Part shown: one piece after another, positions 18,691 to 28,404 of the stretch
Numbering within the stretch: position 1 is the stretch's first letter
How the letters are laid out: each line of letters starts with the position of its first letter
NCBI GenBank assembly: GCA_023229525.1
Contig: JALNZC010000002.1
Location: 33,090 to 97,089, forward strand
Direction of reading: 5' to 3'
Length of the DNA: 64,000 nt
Source of the DNA: Bacteroidales bacterium
GTDB taxonomy: Bacteria; Bacteroidota; Bacteroidia; Bacteroidales; FEN-979
Program-made: the position numbers and the translations under genes
The notes under the pieces: model-generated
What the model saw: only the letters and a program-made list of their open reading frames with translations
Told to the model about the DNA's origin: nothing
Databases searched by the model: none

Positions 18691-19774
18691 AAAATATGAT
18701 AATCCTTTCATCGCGACGGTTACGGGGATAACCGATCTTTTCAGAAAATATGAACCGGCGGGAACCCTTAAACACAGCGACAGGCTTGAAGGAAAAACCG
18801 TACTTGTTGACGGATCCAGCTCAGGACTTGGATTTGCTGTTGCCACTGAATGTGCACGCCGGGGCGCCAGGGTGATAATGGCGTGTCGGAGCGGAATACC
18901 AGAGAAAGGGGAGAAGATAAAACAATTGACCGGGAACCCGAAGATACACATGCTTCCCGTCGACTTTTCCGATATCAATTCGATACGTCATCTGGCAGTT
19001 GTCATCCATAATCAGTTTGCCCCGATTGACATTTATATCTGCAATGCAGGCATTGTTCCTAAACAAAGTCGCAAAACGAGTCAAGGACTTGAAGAGATGT
19101 TCATGGTCAATTATTTCTCGAAATTCATCTTTGTTAACCTTCTGTTTGGGAATAGACTTTTGAACAAAAGAACAAAAGAACAATCGAATATTGAAGTCCG
19201 TACGAAGCATAACAGGAATCATGAATCAGCTCTAAATCAACCGAAACCTGCATCCTGTATCCTTTATCCTGCATCCGGTATCCAGCATCCGGTTCCACGA
19301 ATCATCTTCATTGCCTCGGAAAGTCACCGCAATCCGGAAAAGTTTGAATGGGATGCTTTCGGGAAATATCAAGATTACTCTATCGGCAAATCAGTTGAAT
19401 TGTACGGTTATTACAAATTATTACTGACGACCTTTGTGAAAGAACTTTCGCGGCGATTGAATCCGGATCCGGAAATCCGGTGTCCGGTATTTGTATTGTG
19501 TCCCGGACCGGTGAACTCAAATATCGCACGTGAGGCGCCCGGATTTTTTAAACCTCTTTTAAAACTTGTTTTTACTATTTTCTTTAAATCACCGGTCAAA
19601 GCTGCAATACCGGTGATATACCTGGCAGCCTCCCCGGATGTTGAAGGTAAACCATTTGACTACCTTTTCCTGATGAACCGTAAATCGATCGATGAAAAAG
19701 CAGCCGCTCCGGAAAACGGTAAACGTTTATGGGAATTATCCGAAAAACTATTGCAAAGTATTGAAAATGCGTAA
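18671..19774 (+). CDS. Short-chain dehydrogenase/reductase (SDR) family oxidoreductase with a long internal low-complexity insertion.
   Basis: GKTVLVDGSSSGLGFAVA is the TGxxxGxG Rossmann motif, and NAGI is present. Overlaps the sulfotransferase stop by 20 nt. Heptamer insertion at 19249-19290. Confidence 0.75.
   Translation: MAGIRHKKYDNPFIATVTGITDLFRKYEPAGTLKHSDRLEGKTVLVDGSSSGLGFAVATECARRGARVIMACRSGIPEKGEKIKQLTGNPKIHMLPVDFSDINSIRHLAVVIHNQFAPIDIYICNAGIVPKQSRKTSQGLEEMFMVNYFSKFIFVNLLFGNRLLNKRTKEQSNIEVRTKHNRNHESALNQPKPASCILYPASGIQHPVPRIIFIASESHRNPEKFEWDAFGKYQDYSIGKSVELYGYYKLLLTTFVKELSRRLNPDPEIRCPVFVLCPGPVNSNIAREAPGFFKPLLKLVFTIFFKSPVKAAIPVIYLAASPDVEGKPFDYLFLMNRKSIDEKAAAPENGKRLWELSEKLLQSIENA
19249..19290. 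repeat. In-frame tandem heptamer array (NNNATCC x6) inside the SDR CDS.
   Basis: tgcatcc tgtatcc tttatcc tgcatcc ggtatcc agcatcc, translated as ASCILYPASGIQHP. Confidence 0.85.
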
Positions 19775-19801
19775 AATGGCCTTAACGGTAAGGATTGTTA
19801 T

Positions 19802-20638
19802 CTACATTTTATATAGCATCTGAATTTCTTCTTTCCACAAGGTTTCATCGGGTGTTTCGAGGATCAAAGGCATATTGTCGAACCTGGGATCATGCATCAG
19901 GTACCTGAACATATCAATGCCAAGGACTCCTTTCCCTAAATTATCATGTCTGTCGACCCGGCTGTTCAACCCTTTTTTCGAATCGTTAAGGTGTACTCCT
20001 TTAAGGAACCGGAAACCGATGATTTCATCAAAGGAATGAAAAGTTGATTTAAATCCTGCTTCAGTCGAGAGGTCATAACCTGCGGCAAAAGTGTGACAGG
20101 TATCAATACAAACACCGACGCGGCTTTGATCTTCGACAAGGTTGATAATGAAACGAAGTTGTTCAAATTTAAAACCCATATTACTTCCCTGTCCGGCCGT
20201 ATTTTCAATGACTGCGATAACTCCTTTGGTTTTTTCCAATGCCATATTTATAGAGGTAGCAATTCGTTTAAGGCATTCCTCTTCACTGATTTTGCCCAGG
20301 GAACCGCCTGGATGGAAATTCAGACGATCGAGACCCAATTGTTCACAACGCTGCATTTCATCGAGGAAGGCTTCCCTCGATTTTTCCAACCCTTCCTTTT
20401 CGGGATGACCCAGATTGATCAGGTAGCTGTCGTGAGGTAGGATCTGAAAAGGAAGATATCCCAACTTTTCGCAATTTTCACGGAAAGAGGTGATATTGTT
20501 TTTACCGAGAGGCGCTGATTTCCATTGACGCTGATTTTTGGTAAATAGGGCAAACCCCCTGGCTCCGATTTCATGGGCGTTGAACGGTGCATTTTCGACA
20601 CCACCCGATGCACTGACATGTGCTCCGATATATTTCAT
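19802..20638 (-). CDS. nfo: Deoxyribonuclease IV (endonuclease IV).
   Basis: [13 protein letters not shown]...FTKNQRQW...NFHPGS...IENTAGQGS...[11 protein letters not shown] matches the Nfo metal-binding motifs. Length is 278 aa. Confidence 0.9.
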   Translation of the reverse strand: MKYIGAHVSASGGVENAPFNAHEIGARGFALFTKNQRQWKSAPLGKNNITSFRENCEKLGYLPFQILPHDSYLINLGHPEKEGLEKSREAFLDEMQRCEQLGLDRLNFHPGGSLGKISEEECLKRIATSINMALEKTKGVIAVIENTAGQGSNMGFKFEQLRFIINLVEDQSRVGVCIDTCHTFAAGYDLSTEAGFKSTFHSFDEIIGFRFLKGVHLNDSKKGLNSRVDRHDNLGKGVLGIDMFRYLMHDPRFDNMPLILETPDETLWKEEIQMLYKM

Positions 20639-20653
20639 ATTCTGTTTTTTTTA

Positions 20654-20661
20654 CAAAATTA
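20654..20661 (-). promoter_or_regulatory. Bacteroidota -7 box (TAATTTTG on the minus strand) upstream of nfo.
   Basis: Plus-strand caaaatta is the reverse complement of TAATTTTG, 16 nt upstream of the nfo ATG at 20638. Confidence 0.4.
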
Positions 20662-20803
20662 AAAGTAAAAAATTGGTTGTTTTAAAATCGGGGATTGATA
20701 AAATTTTTATAAAAATATTAGATACTTGAAAATGTGATATTTATGTTAAGTTCGGATTTATAAATAAGGTCATGAGTTCCTTTCAAATATGATTTTTCAT
20801 CTT

Positions 20804-20811
20804 TATTTTTG
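20804..20811 (+). promoter_or_regulatory. Bacteroidota -7 box (TAnnTTTG).
   Basis: TATTTTTG lies 29 nt upstream of the ATG at 20840. Confidence 0.35.
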
Positions 20812-20839
20812 TTTTTCAACTCAAAACTAAAATAAAACT

Positions 20840-22435
20840 ATGAAAAATGTCGTCAGATTCTGGGTGTTATTTGCATCAATTTTATTTGTTCAATCTATCT
20901 GGGCACAATCGGAAGTCCAGGTAAGTGGTTTAAAGGCCGATGAGGTTTGGCCGGTAATCCGTTTTGTGTTAAAAGAGAGCAATCTCGGGGTTGCCACAAT
21001 GGATCAGCAGGCGGGTGTACTTGTCACAGCGCCCAAAGAATATTCAACTGCATTAGCCAAGTTCAGAGCCTGCGTGGTGTTTACTTATAAAAATGATAAC
21101 CTGGTGATAACCATGAAAAATAAACAATCCGCTACCAGTACCGGTTGGGAAAATTCGATTTTACCTTCAAAAAAAGCAGACGATAAGCTGGTAGGTGGCT
21201 TCGCGGATGCCATTAAAGGAGTAATTGCCAATCCTGAACAGATCAGCAAACTTAAGGATTCGGGCGCTCCTGCTGCCACTACAACCAAACCTGTTGCTGG
21301 TAACCAGGCGGTTCAGACATCTGCGCTAAAGCCCGAACCCCCAAAACCTTCACTGGCAAACGCCAAAGAACTGCGTTTCGATGATGAAGATAATTATACA
21401 TTTAGTGATGGAATGTGTGCCCTGAAAAAAAATGAATTGTGGGGATTTATTGATACCACGGGGAAAGTGGTCATCGATTTCACGTTATTTAAATTGGGGA
21501 ACAAGATTCCTAAATTTTCTTCTGGGATCGCTTTAATGGCTAACCAGGAATCATCAGGAATGCGCATGCCTGTCTTCATCGATAAAAAAGGGCAGCAATT
21601 GTTCAAACCACAGAAGTTCTCGGCGGCTACTCCTTTTGAGAACGGGATCGCCATTGTAGAAAAAACCAATGAAAAGACCCGCATGAGAACCTATTCATTT
21701 ATCAATAAACAGGGTCAGCCCATACCCGGCGCCATTGAACCGGGATCGGGTAGGGGCTTGTCTCTTGAATTAAAACCTTTCCATGAAGGAGTGACACCAC
21801 TTTATAATAATAAGGCCAGTGCCTGCGGGTTCATCAACTCCCAAGGAAAATGGGTAATCCCTCCGACTGCTTATGGTGAAACAGGAGATTTCGGGGATGG
21901 TCTTGTATCTGTTCAGAATAAAGTGAACTGGTACTGGGGATATATCAATAAAAAAGGGGAAGTAAAAGTACCTTTTGATTACAAAAAGCAACCGGGTGTT
22001 TTCTCCGAAGGTTTGGCTGCCGTTGAAAACTCACAGGAAAAGGTGGGTTTTATTGATCAAAATGGGAAAACAGTATTGCCATTCATTTATGAAGAAGGTC
22101 GTTCTCCTTTTAACAACGGTCATGCTATTGTTTATCTGAAAGACAAAGCGCCCGGTTATACCATTATTGATAAATCAGGAAACGTTGTTCGTAAGCTGGG
22201 CCCCGATCCCATTCAGGTTTTCGATAACGGTTGGATTTACTACAAAGAATGGCACAAAAAATGGGCGATCGGTATTTTATCCCCGGATGGAAAGGACATC
22301 CTTCTTCCTGAATATTTTACTTATATCGGTGAGTTCGCGAACGGACTTGCTTATGCCGTTGCCATTATTGATAATAAGCAGGTGAAGGGATTCATTAACC
22401 TGAATTTTGATTTTGTGATCATTCAGACGTATTGA
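20840..22435 (+). CDS. Secreted WG-repeat (KWG-type) protein.
   Basis: Signal peptide MKNVVRFWVLFASILFVQSIWAQ. Repeated motifs WGFIDTTGKVVI, CGFINSQGKWVIPP, WGYINKKGEVKVPFDY and VGFIDQNGKTVLPFIYE. Confidence 0.75.
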   Translation: MKNVVRFWVLFASILFVQSIWAQSEVQVSGLKADEVWPVIRFVLKESNLGVATMDQQAGVLVTAPKEYSTALAKFRACVVFTYKNDNLVITMKNKQSATSTGWENSILPSKKADDKLVGGFADAIKGVIANPEQISKLKDSGAPAATTTKPVAGNQAVQTSALKPEPPKPSLANAKELRFDDEDNYTFSDGMCALKKNELWGFIDTTGKVVIDFTLFKLGNKIPKFSSGIALMANQESSGMRMPVFIDKKGQQLFKPQKFSAATPFENGIAIVEKTNEKTRMRTYSFINKQGQPIPGAIEPGSGRGLSLELKPFHEGVTPLYNNKASACGFINSQGKWVIPPTAYGETGDFGDGLVSVQNKVNWYWGYINKKGEVKVPFDYKKQPGVFSEGLAAVENSQEKVGFIDQNGKTVLPFIYEEGRSPFNNGHAIVYLKDKAPGYTIIDKSGNVVRKLGPDPIQVFDNGWIYYKEWHKKWAIGILSPDGKDILLPEYFTYIGEFANGLAYAVAIIDNKQVKGFINLNFDFVIIQTY

Positions 22436-22516
22436 TAAAATTATAAATGCCAGATGATTTAATCAAAAGTTTTTGTAAGTTTGCACCTCAATTTTCTGAC
22501 TTTTGTCGGAAAATAT

Positions 22517-22590
22517 CGGGGCGTGGCGCAGTTGGCTAGCGTACTTGCATGGGGTGCAAGGGGTCGGAAGTTCGAGTCTTCTCGCCCCGA
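22517..22590 (+). tRNA. tRNA-Pro, anticodon GGG.
   Basis: Manual cloverleaf: acceptor CGGGGCG/CGCCCCG, D-arm GCGC..GCGT, anticodon stem CTTGC/GCAAG with loop A-T-GGG-G-T (U33, G37), T-arm GGAAG-TTCGAGT-CTTCT. 74 nt, CCA not encoded. Confidence 0.9.
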
Positions 22591-22604
22591 CAAAAAAACA
22601 AATT

Positions 22605-22655
22605 CCCAAATCATATAATATTCCAAATTTAAATATTATGTGGTTTGGGTTTTTT
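22605..22655 (+). terminator. Long hairpin plus T-run terminator after tRNA-Pro.
   Basis: cccaaatcatataatatt pairs with aatattatgtggtttggg (one mismatch), followed by T6 (22650-22655). Confidence 0.6.
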
Positions 22656-22745
22656 GTTAAAACAACGGATTGGCTAATTCCCAATCTATCTTCCGCATCC
22701 TATATCTGGCAAGATATATCCAGTCTCCGTCATCTGAAAAATTCT

Positions 22746-22753
22746 TACCTTTG
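22746..22753 (+). promoter_or_regulatory. Bacteroidota -7 box (TAnnTTTG) upstream of trxB.
   Basis: TACCTTTG lies 21 nt upstream of the ATG at 22774. Confidence 0.45.
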
Positions 22754-22773
22754 CATCGCATTAAAAGGTTAAT

Positions 22774-23709
22774 ATGTCTGAAAATATTGAGAATGTCCGT
22801 TGTCTGATCATTGGTTCCGGTCCGGCAGGTTTTACCGCCGCCATTTATGCATCCCGCGCAGATCTGAAACCCGTTATTTACCAAGGTATGCAGCCTGGAG
22901 GTCAATTGACCATCACTACCGATGTAGACAATTTTCCGGGCTATCCAAAAGGGATAACCGGTCCTGAAATGATGGAAGAATTCAAACAACAAGCCGAACG
23001 GTTTGGCACTTTAGTGCGTTCCGGAGTTGTGACCCGGGTCGACTTTTCACAGCGACCATTTATTGCCGTAGCTGATGATGGTAAGACAATCTTTGCTGAG
23101 ACAGTAATCATAGCTACCGGGGCATCCGCAAAATGGATGGGCCTTGAATCGGAAAAAAAATTCATGGGTATGGGTGTATCGGGTTGTGCCACCTGCGACG
23201 GCTTTTTCTATCGAGGCCAGGATGTGGCTATCGTGGGAGGAGGAGATACCGCTGCTGAAGAAGCTACCTACCTTGCCAAGCTTTGTAAAAAGGTTTATCT
23301 GATCCATCGCCGGAATGAGTTGCGTGCTTCCAAAGCAATGCAGCATAAGGTTTTAAAAACAACCAACATTGAAATATTCTGGGATAGTATTCCCGAAGAG
23401 GTTCTTGGTGATAGTAGCGGTGTGACCGGATTACGGATTCGTAATGTAAAAACCGGTGAATCAAAAGATTTATCAGTGATGGGATTTTTTGTTGCCATTG
23501 GCCATAAGCCCAATACTGAAATCTTTGCCGGACAACTGGAACTAGACGAAATGAATTATATCAAGACCAAACCTGGTACTACCCAAACCAGTGTCCCCGG
23601 GGTATTCGCCTCAGGCGATGTTCAGGATCATTATTACCGCCAGGCCGTTACCGCTGCCGGCACAGGATGTATGGCAGCAATTGAGGCGGAAAGATTTCTT
23701 TCCAGTTAA
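22774..23709 (+). CDS. trxB: Thioredoxin-disulfide reductase.
   Basis: IIGSGPAGFTAAIYA (FAD-binding), redox-active CATCDG, GGGDTAAEEA (NADPH-binding) and GVFASGDV. Length is 311 aa. Confidence 0.95.
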   Translation: MSENIENVRCLIIGSGPAGFTAAIYASRADLKPVIYQGMQPGGQLTITTDVDNFPGYPKGITGPEMMEEFKQQAERFGTLVRSGVVTRVDFSQRPFIAVADDGKTIFAETVIIATGASAKWMGLESEKKFMGMGVSGCATCDGFFYRGQDVAIVGGGDTAAEEATYLAKLCKKVYLIHRRNELRASKAMQHKVLKTTNIEIFWDSIPEEVLGDSSGVTGLRIRNVKTGESKDLSVMGFFVAIGHKPNTEIFAGQLELDEMNYIKTKPGTTQTSVPGVFASGDVQDHYYRQAVTAAGTGCMAAIEAERFLSS

Positions 23710-23717
23710 AGATGTAT

Positions 23718-23753
23718 GATTTGAAAATTTGAGGATTTGAAAATTTGAAAATG
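23718..23753. repeat. Tandem 8-nt repeat array (RATTTGAR family) between trxB and purL.
   Basis: gatttgaa aatttgag gatttgaa aatttgaa aatg. Confidence 0.8.
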
Positions 23754-23814
23754 AATCAATTGATTTTATTATTGAGATGAGTTTTTTAACTTCTGGTTTT
23801 TATCCTACTGAAAA

Positions 23815-26800
23815 ATGATAACTTTTTTCAAAACCCCCACCAATTTCTATGCAGTCGAAAGCCTTGACAAACTGTCTGGTGAAGATTTGAAGAAACTCTC
23901 ATGGTTATTTGGCAGTGCGGACTATGTGACCGAACCGGTTGTAGCGGGACATTTCATCGGTCCCCGCCCTGAAATGATCACCCCGTGGAGTACCAATGCA
24001 GTTGAGATTACTCAAAATATGGGAATCACAGACATTACGCGAATAGAAGAATTTTCCCAATTCCCCTCGTCCCTCGTCCCTCCTCCTTCGTCCTTCGTCC
24101 CTACATTTGATCCGATGCTTCAGCATATTTATGAAGGTTTGGATCAGCATATTTTCAAGGTTCACCGGGAACCGGATTCCATCCGGTACATTGAAGATAT
24201 TTCAGCTTATTCCGACCAGGAAGGTCTGGCGCTCAGCGCGGAAGAGATCGGTTACCTGCTTCAAATCAGTCACAAACTTGGCCGCCCGCTTACCGATAGC
24301 GAAGTTTTTGGATTTTCACAGGTCAATTCAGAACATTGCCGGCACAAAATTTTTAACGGCACTTTCATCATTGATCGTAGGGAGATGCCGGAATCTCTTT
24401 TTGAACTGATCAAAAAAACAGCCAGGGAGCATCCCAACTTCCTGGTTTCTGCTTATCATGACAATGTCGCCTTTATCCTCGGACCTGAGATTGAACAATT
24501 TGCCCCTGCTATCCAGAACAAGGCAGATTTTTTCGTCATCAAGGACATCCAGACCGTCATTTCATTGAAGGCCGAAACACATAATTTCCCGACAACGGTT
24601 GAACCATTTAATGGAGCCGCGACTGGTTCCGGTGGTGAGATCCGCGACCGGATGGCGGGAGGAAAGGGGAGCATTCCCCTTGCAGGCACTGCCGTCTACA
24701 TGACTTCTTACCCCCGGTTTGATGGCGGACGAAGCTGGGAGAAGCAGATCGATGCCCGTTCGTGGCTCTATAAAACCCCGGAAGAGATACTGATAAAAGC
24801 TTCCAATGGCGCCAGCGATTTCGGGAATAAGTTCGGGCAACCATTAATTTGCGGTTCCCTATTGACTTTCGAACATGAAGAAAACGGAAAGACTTTCGGT
24901 TATGATAAGGTCATCATGCTGGCGGGTGGTATCGGTTATGCCCGGAAATCAGATAGCCTGAAAGGTATACCGGAACCGGGGCAACGTATCGTTGTTCTGG
25001 GTGGCGACAATTATCGCATCGGTATGGGTGGAGGCGCAGTCTCCTCAGTTGCAACCGGTGAATTTGGAAACGCGATAGAGCTGAATGCCGTACAAAGATC
25101 GAATCCCGAAATGCAGAAACGGGTCTTCAACGCGATCAGGGCCTTGACAGAAATGGATACAAACCCAATTATTTCAATCCATGATCATGGCGCCGGAGGA
25201 CATCTCAATTCGCTGTCCGAACTGGTTGAATCAACTGGTGGTACGGTCTATATTGATGCTTTACCACTTGGTGATCCGACGTTATCGGATAAAGAGATCA
25301 TCAGCAACGAATCGCAGGAACGGATTGGCCTTATTGTTGGGGAAAATGATGTGGAGATGCTCCATGAAATTGCCGAACGCGAAAGGGCTCCAATATATGA
25401 GGTTGGAATAACAACAGGAGACCATCAACTGGTTTTTCTTAACAGAAAAAATGAAAGCAAGCCAATTGACCTGAATTTGGAAGATTTCTTCGGTAAACCT
25501 CCCAGAACCCAGATCCGGGATTCCTCCTATGCAACCCGTTTTTCACAACTTACCTATAAACCCTCCCGGTTGCATGAATATCTTGAGGAAGTTTTACAAT
25601 TGGAAGCGGTTGCCTGTAAGGACTGGTTGACCAATAAAGTGGACCGTGCCGTTTCTGGAAAAATTGCAAAACAGCAAACCTGCGGAGCGATTCAATTACC
25701 CCTTAACAATCTGGGAGTTGTAGCGCTAGATTACACAGGTAGGAAGGGAATAGCCACATCGCTCGGGCATGCACCGATCGCGGGTTTGGTAGATCCCTCT
25801 GCCGGTTCCAGGTTATCCATTGCTGAAGCGCTGACCAACATCATCTGGGCGCCACTTACTTATGGGTTGAAAGGCGTGTCCCTGTCTGCCAACTGGATGT
25901 GGCCTTGCAAAAATGCCGGAGAAGATGCGCGCCTGTATGCTGCCGTTAAGGCGGTAAGTGATTTTGCAATTGAATTGGGAATTAATATCCCAACTGGTAA
26001 GGATTCTTTATCAATGACACAAAAATATCCGGGGGGCAAGATGGTATTCTCTCCCGGAACTGTGGTCATTTCAGCCGTTGCAGAAGTATCTGATGTAAAA
26101 AGGGTTGTCAGCCCTGTATTGATCGAAGAACCTGGTTCATACCTTATTTATATAGATTTTTCAAGGGGAATGCTGAAGCTTGGAGGAAGTAGTTTTGCTC
26201 AGGTTGTCAACGCAATCGGAAATGAAGTTCCGTCAGTGAACGACAGTGGATATTTTATCAGGGCTTTCGACGTCATTCAGCAGTTGATCATGGATCAACT
26301 GATTCTCGCCGGTCATGATATTTCAGCGGGTGGACTTATCACAACACTACTTGAAATGACTTTTCCAAACGAAGGTTCCGGAATTAATGCCGACCTGACC
26401 CAACTGAAAGAAAGGGATATTATTAAATTGCTTTTCAATGAAAATCCCGGGATCATCATTCAGGTAAAAGATATCGATACGATAAAGAAATATCTGGCAA
26501 AAGCACGGGTAGATGGTATCCACATTGGATCGGTGAGTAATGAAAGAAATATAACCATCAGAAATAGTACGGATAGTTATTCCTTCGACATTGAATCGTT
26601 ACGTGATATTTGGTATCGGACATCCTATCTGCTCGACCGGAAACAATGTGGTGACAGCCTTGCATTGAAGCGATACACCAATTACAAAAACCAACCGTTG
26701 AAATTCCGGTTTAAGGAAAATTTTAAAGGGACATTTGCATCCTATGGGATTGCTTCCAAACGCCGTATCCCATCCGGAATCAAGGCCGCTATAATCCGCG

Positions 26801-27555
26801 AAAAAGGAGTTAACCGTGATCGTGATATGGCGTGGGCACTGTACCTTGCCGGATTCGACGTAAAAGATATCCACATGACCGACCTGATTTCCGGCCGGGA
26901 AAATCTTGAAGACGTTAACCTCGTCGCTTTTGTCGGGGGGTTCTCAAATTCAGATGTACTGGGTTCAGCCAAAGGTTGGGCCGGAGCCTTCCTTTACAAT
27001 GAAAAAGCAAAGATGGCGCTGAACAACTACTTTAAACGCGATGATACCCTTAGTCTGGGTGTGTGCAATGGCTGCCAGTTGCTCGTCGAACTGGGTCTGA
27101 TCTATCCGGAATCTGAAATACAACCAAAAATGTCGTGGAACGATTCACATAAATATGAATGTACATTCGTGAGTATAGATATAGTGAAAAATAGTTCGGT
27201 GATGTTGCAATCGCTGGCCGGATCCAAACTCGGCATCTGGGTGGCTCATGGTGAGGGTAAATTTAACTTTCCGGCACCGGAAAACCAGTATCATATTCCG
27301 GCAAAATTCAGTTATCATGAATATCCGGGAAATCCAAATGGTTCGCAGTATGATGCTGCCTGTATCGCTTCCCACGATGGACGGCATCTTGCCATCATGC
27401 CTCATCTGGAAGATTCGGTTTTACCCTGGCAGTGGACTTATTATTTGCAGGATCGCAAAAACGATGAAATAACTCCATGGATCGAAGCGTTTATCAATGC
27501 AAAAAAGTGGATCGCAAAAACAAATAAGAGTGAAGATTCAGAAATAGGGAATTAA
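23815..27555 (+). CDS. purL: Phosphoribosylformylglycinamidine (FGAM) synthase, single-chain large form.
   Basis: 1246 aa. SEHCRHKIF, ETHNFPT.VEPF.GA.TG.GG.IRD, DHGAGG, and a C-terminal glutamine amidotransferase with GVCNGCQ. Heptamer insertion at 24064-24101. Confidence 0.95.
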   Translation: MITFFKTPTNFYAVESLDKLSGEDLKKLSWLFGSADYVTEPVVAGHFIGPRPEMITPWSTNAVEITQNMGITDITRIEEFSQFPSSLVPPPSSFVPTFDPMLQHIYEGLDQHIFKVHREPDSIRYIEDISAYSDQEGLALSAEEIGYLLQISHKLGRPLTDSEVFGFSQVNSEHCRHKIFNGTFIIDRREMPESLFELIKKTAREHPNFLVSAYHDNVAFILGPEIEQFAPAIQNKADFFVIKDIQTVISLKAETHNFPTTVEPFNGAATGSGGEIRDRMAGGKGSIPLAGTAVYMTSYPRFDGGRSWEKQIDARSWLYKTPEEILIKASNGASDFGNKFGQPLICGSLLTFEHEENGKTFGYDKVIMLAGGIGYARKSDSLKGIPEPGQRIVVLGGDNYRIGMGGGAVSSVATGEFGNAIELNAVQRSNPEMQKRVFNAIRALTEMDTNPIISIHDHGAGGHLNSLSELVESTGGTVYIDALPLGDPTLSDKEIISNESQERIGLIVGENDVEMLHEIAERERAPIYEVGITTGDHQLVFLNRKNESKPIDLNLEDFFGKPPRTQIRDSSYATRFSQLTYKPSRLHEYLEEVLQLEAVACKDWLTNKVDRAVSGKIAKQQTCGAIQLPLNNLGVVALDYTGRKGIATSLGHAPIAGLVDPSAGSRLSIAEALTNIIWAPLTYGLKGVSLSANWMWPCKNAGEDARLYAAVKAVSDFAIELGINIPTGKDSLSMTQKYPGGKMVFSPGTVVISAVAEVSDVKRVVSPVLIEEPGSYLIYIDFSRGMLKLGGSSFAQVVNAIGNEVPSVNDSGYFIRAFDVIQQLIMDQLILAGHDISAGGLITTLLEMTFPNEGSGINADLTQLKERDIIKLLFNENPGIIIQVKDIDTIKKYLAKARVDGIHIGSVSNERNITIRNSTDSYSFDIESLRDIWYRTSYLLDRKQCGDSLALKRYTNYKNQPLKFRFKENFKGTFASYGIASKRRIPSGIKAAIIREKGVNRDRDMAWALYLAGFDVKDIHMTDLISGRENLEDVNLVAFVGGFSNSDVLGSAKGWAGAFLYNEKAKMALNNYFKRDDTLSLGVCNGCQLLVELGLIYPESEIQPKMSWNDSHKYECTFVSIDIVKNSSVMLQSLAGSKLGIWVAHGEGKFNFPAPENQYHIPAKFSYHEYPGNPNGSQYDAACIASHDGRHLAIMPHLEDSVLPWQWTYYLQDRKNDEITPWIEAFINAKKWIAKTNKSEDSEIGN
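24064..24101. repeat. In-frame tandem heptamer array (CCYTCGT family) inside purL.
   Basis: ccctcgt ccctcgt ccctcct ccttcgt ccttcgt ccc, translated as PSSLVPPPSSFVP. Confidence 0.85.
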
Positions 27556-27560
27556 AAAGT

Positions 27561-28319
27561 ATGGTTAAAATTGTTTTGATAACAGGAGCAACAAGCGGAT
27601 TTGGAAAAGCCATCGCGATTAAATTTGCACAAAATGGAAACAATCTGATCATTACAGGAAGAAGAAAAGAATTGCTCGATGAGGTTGCCAAAGAACTTGT
27701 GCTGAGCTTCAATATCGAAGTTCTGCCACGCTGTTTTGATATAAGAAAACCGGAAGAGGTGAATGAAGCCATCCACACTTTACCGGAAAAATGGAAAAAG
27801 ATCGATATACTCGTAAACAATGCAGGCCTTGCTGTGGGATTAAATCCGATTCACGAGGGCGTTCTTGATGACTGGGAGCGCATGCTCGATACCAATGTCA
27901 AGGGATTGCTGTATATGACACGGCTGGTTGCTCCGATGATGGTGGCCCGCAAAAAGGGACATATTATTAATATCGGTTCTATTGCTGGCAGGGAATTGTA
28001 TCCCATGGGAAATGTATATTGCGCATCAAAATTCGCGGTCGACGCAATTACCAAAGGTACACGCATCGACTTGTTGGCTCATAACATCAAAGTCACTCAG
28101 ATTGCCCCCGGCGCTGCCGAAACAGAATTCTCTCTGGTCCGTTTCAAGGGCGATAAAGAACGAGCCGACAATTTTTATCAAGGTTATAAACCCCTTACCG
28201 CTGAAGATGTCGCGGAAGTTGTTTATTATTCGACTACCCTTCCGGACCATGTTAATATCAACGACCTTGTATTAATGCCCACGGCTCAGGCCAACGCAAC
28301 ATATTTCCACAAGAAATAG
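27561..28319 (+). CDS. SDR family NAD(P)-dependent oxidoreductase (YdfG / serine 3-dehydrogenase-like).
   Basis: LITGATSGFGKAIA, NNAG and YCASKFAV (the YxxxK catalytic motif). Length is 252 aa. Confidence 0.85.
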   Translation: MVKIVLITGATSGFGKAIAIKFAQNGNNLIITGRRKELLDEVAKELVLSFNIEVLPRCFDIRKPEEVNEAIHTLPEKWKKIDILVNNAGLAVGLNPIHEGVLDDWERMLDTNVKGLLYMTRLVAPMMVARKKGHIINIGSIAGRELYPMGNVYCASKFAVDAITKGTRIDLLAHNIKVTQIAPGAAETEFSLVRFKGDKERADNFYQGYKPLTAEDVAEVVYYSTTLPDHVNINDLVLMPTAQANATYFHKK

Positions 28320-28404
28320 AAGGTCCGTCAGGTAATTATTTCACTATTTTCTTTATTATTGCACTGCAAATCAGGAAATAATTCCCGGTTATAAATTTAT
28401 TGAT

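Noticed and set aside
18514-18978. 154-aa minus-strand ORF spanning the sulfotransferase/SDR junction.
   Set aside because: It is antisense to two motif-supported plus-strand genes and has no motif of its own.
22463-22772. ORFs of 73 aa (minus strand) and 89 aa (plus strand) overlapping the tRNA-Pro region.
   Set aside because: They overlap a well-folding tRNA and its terminator hairpin, so they are spurious.
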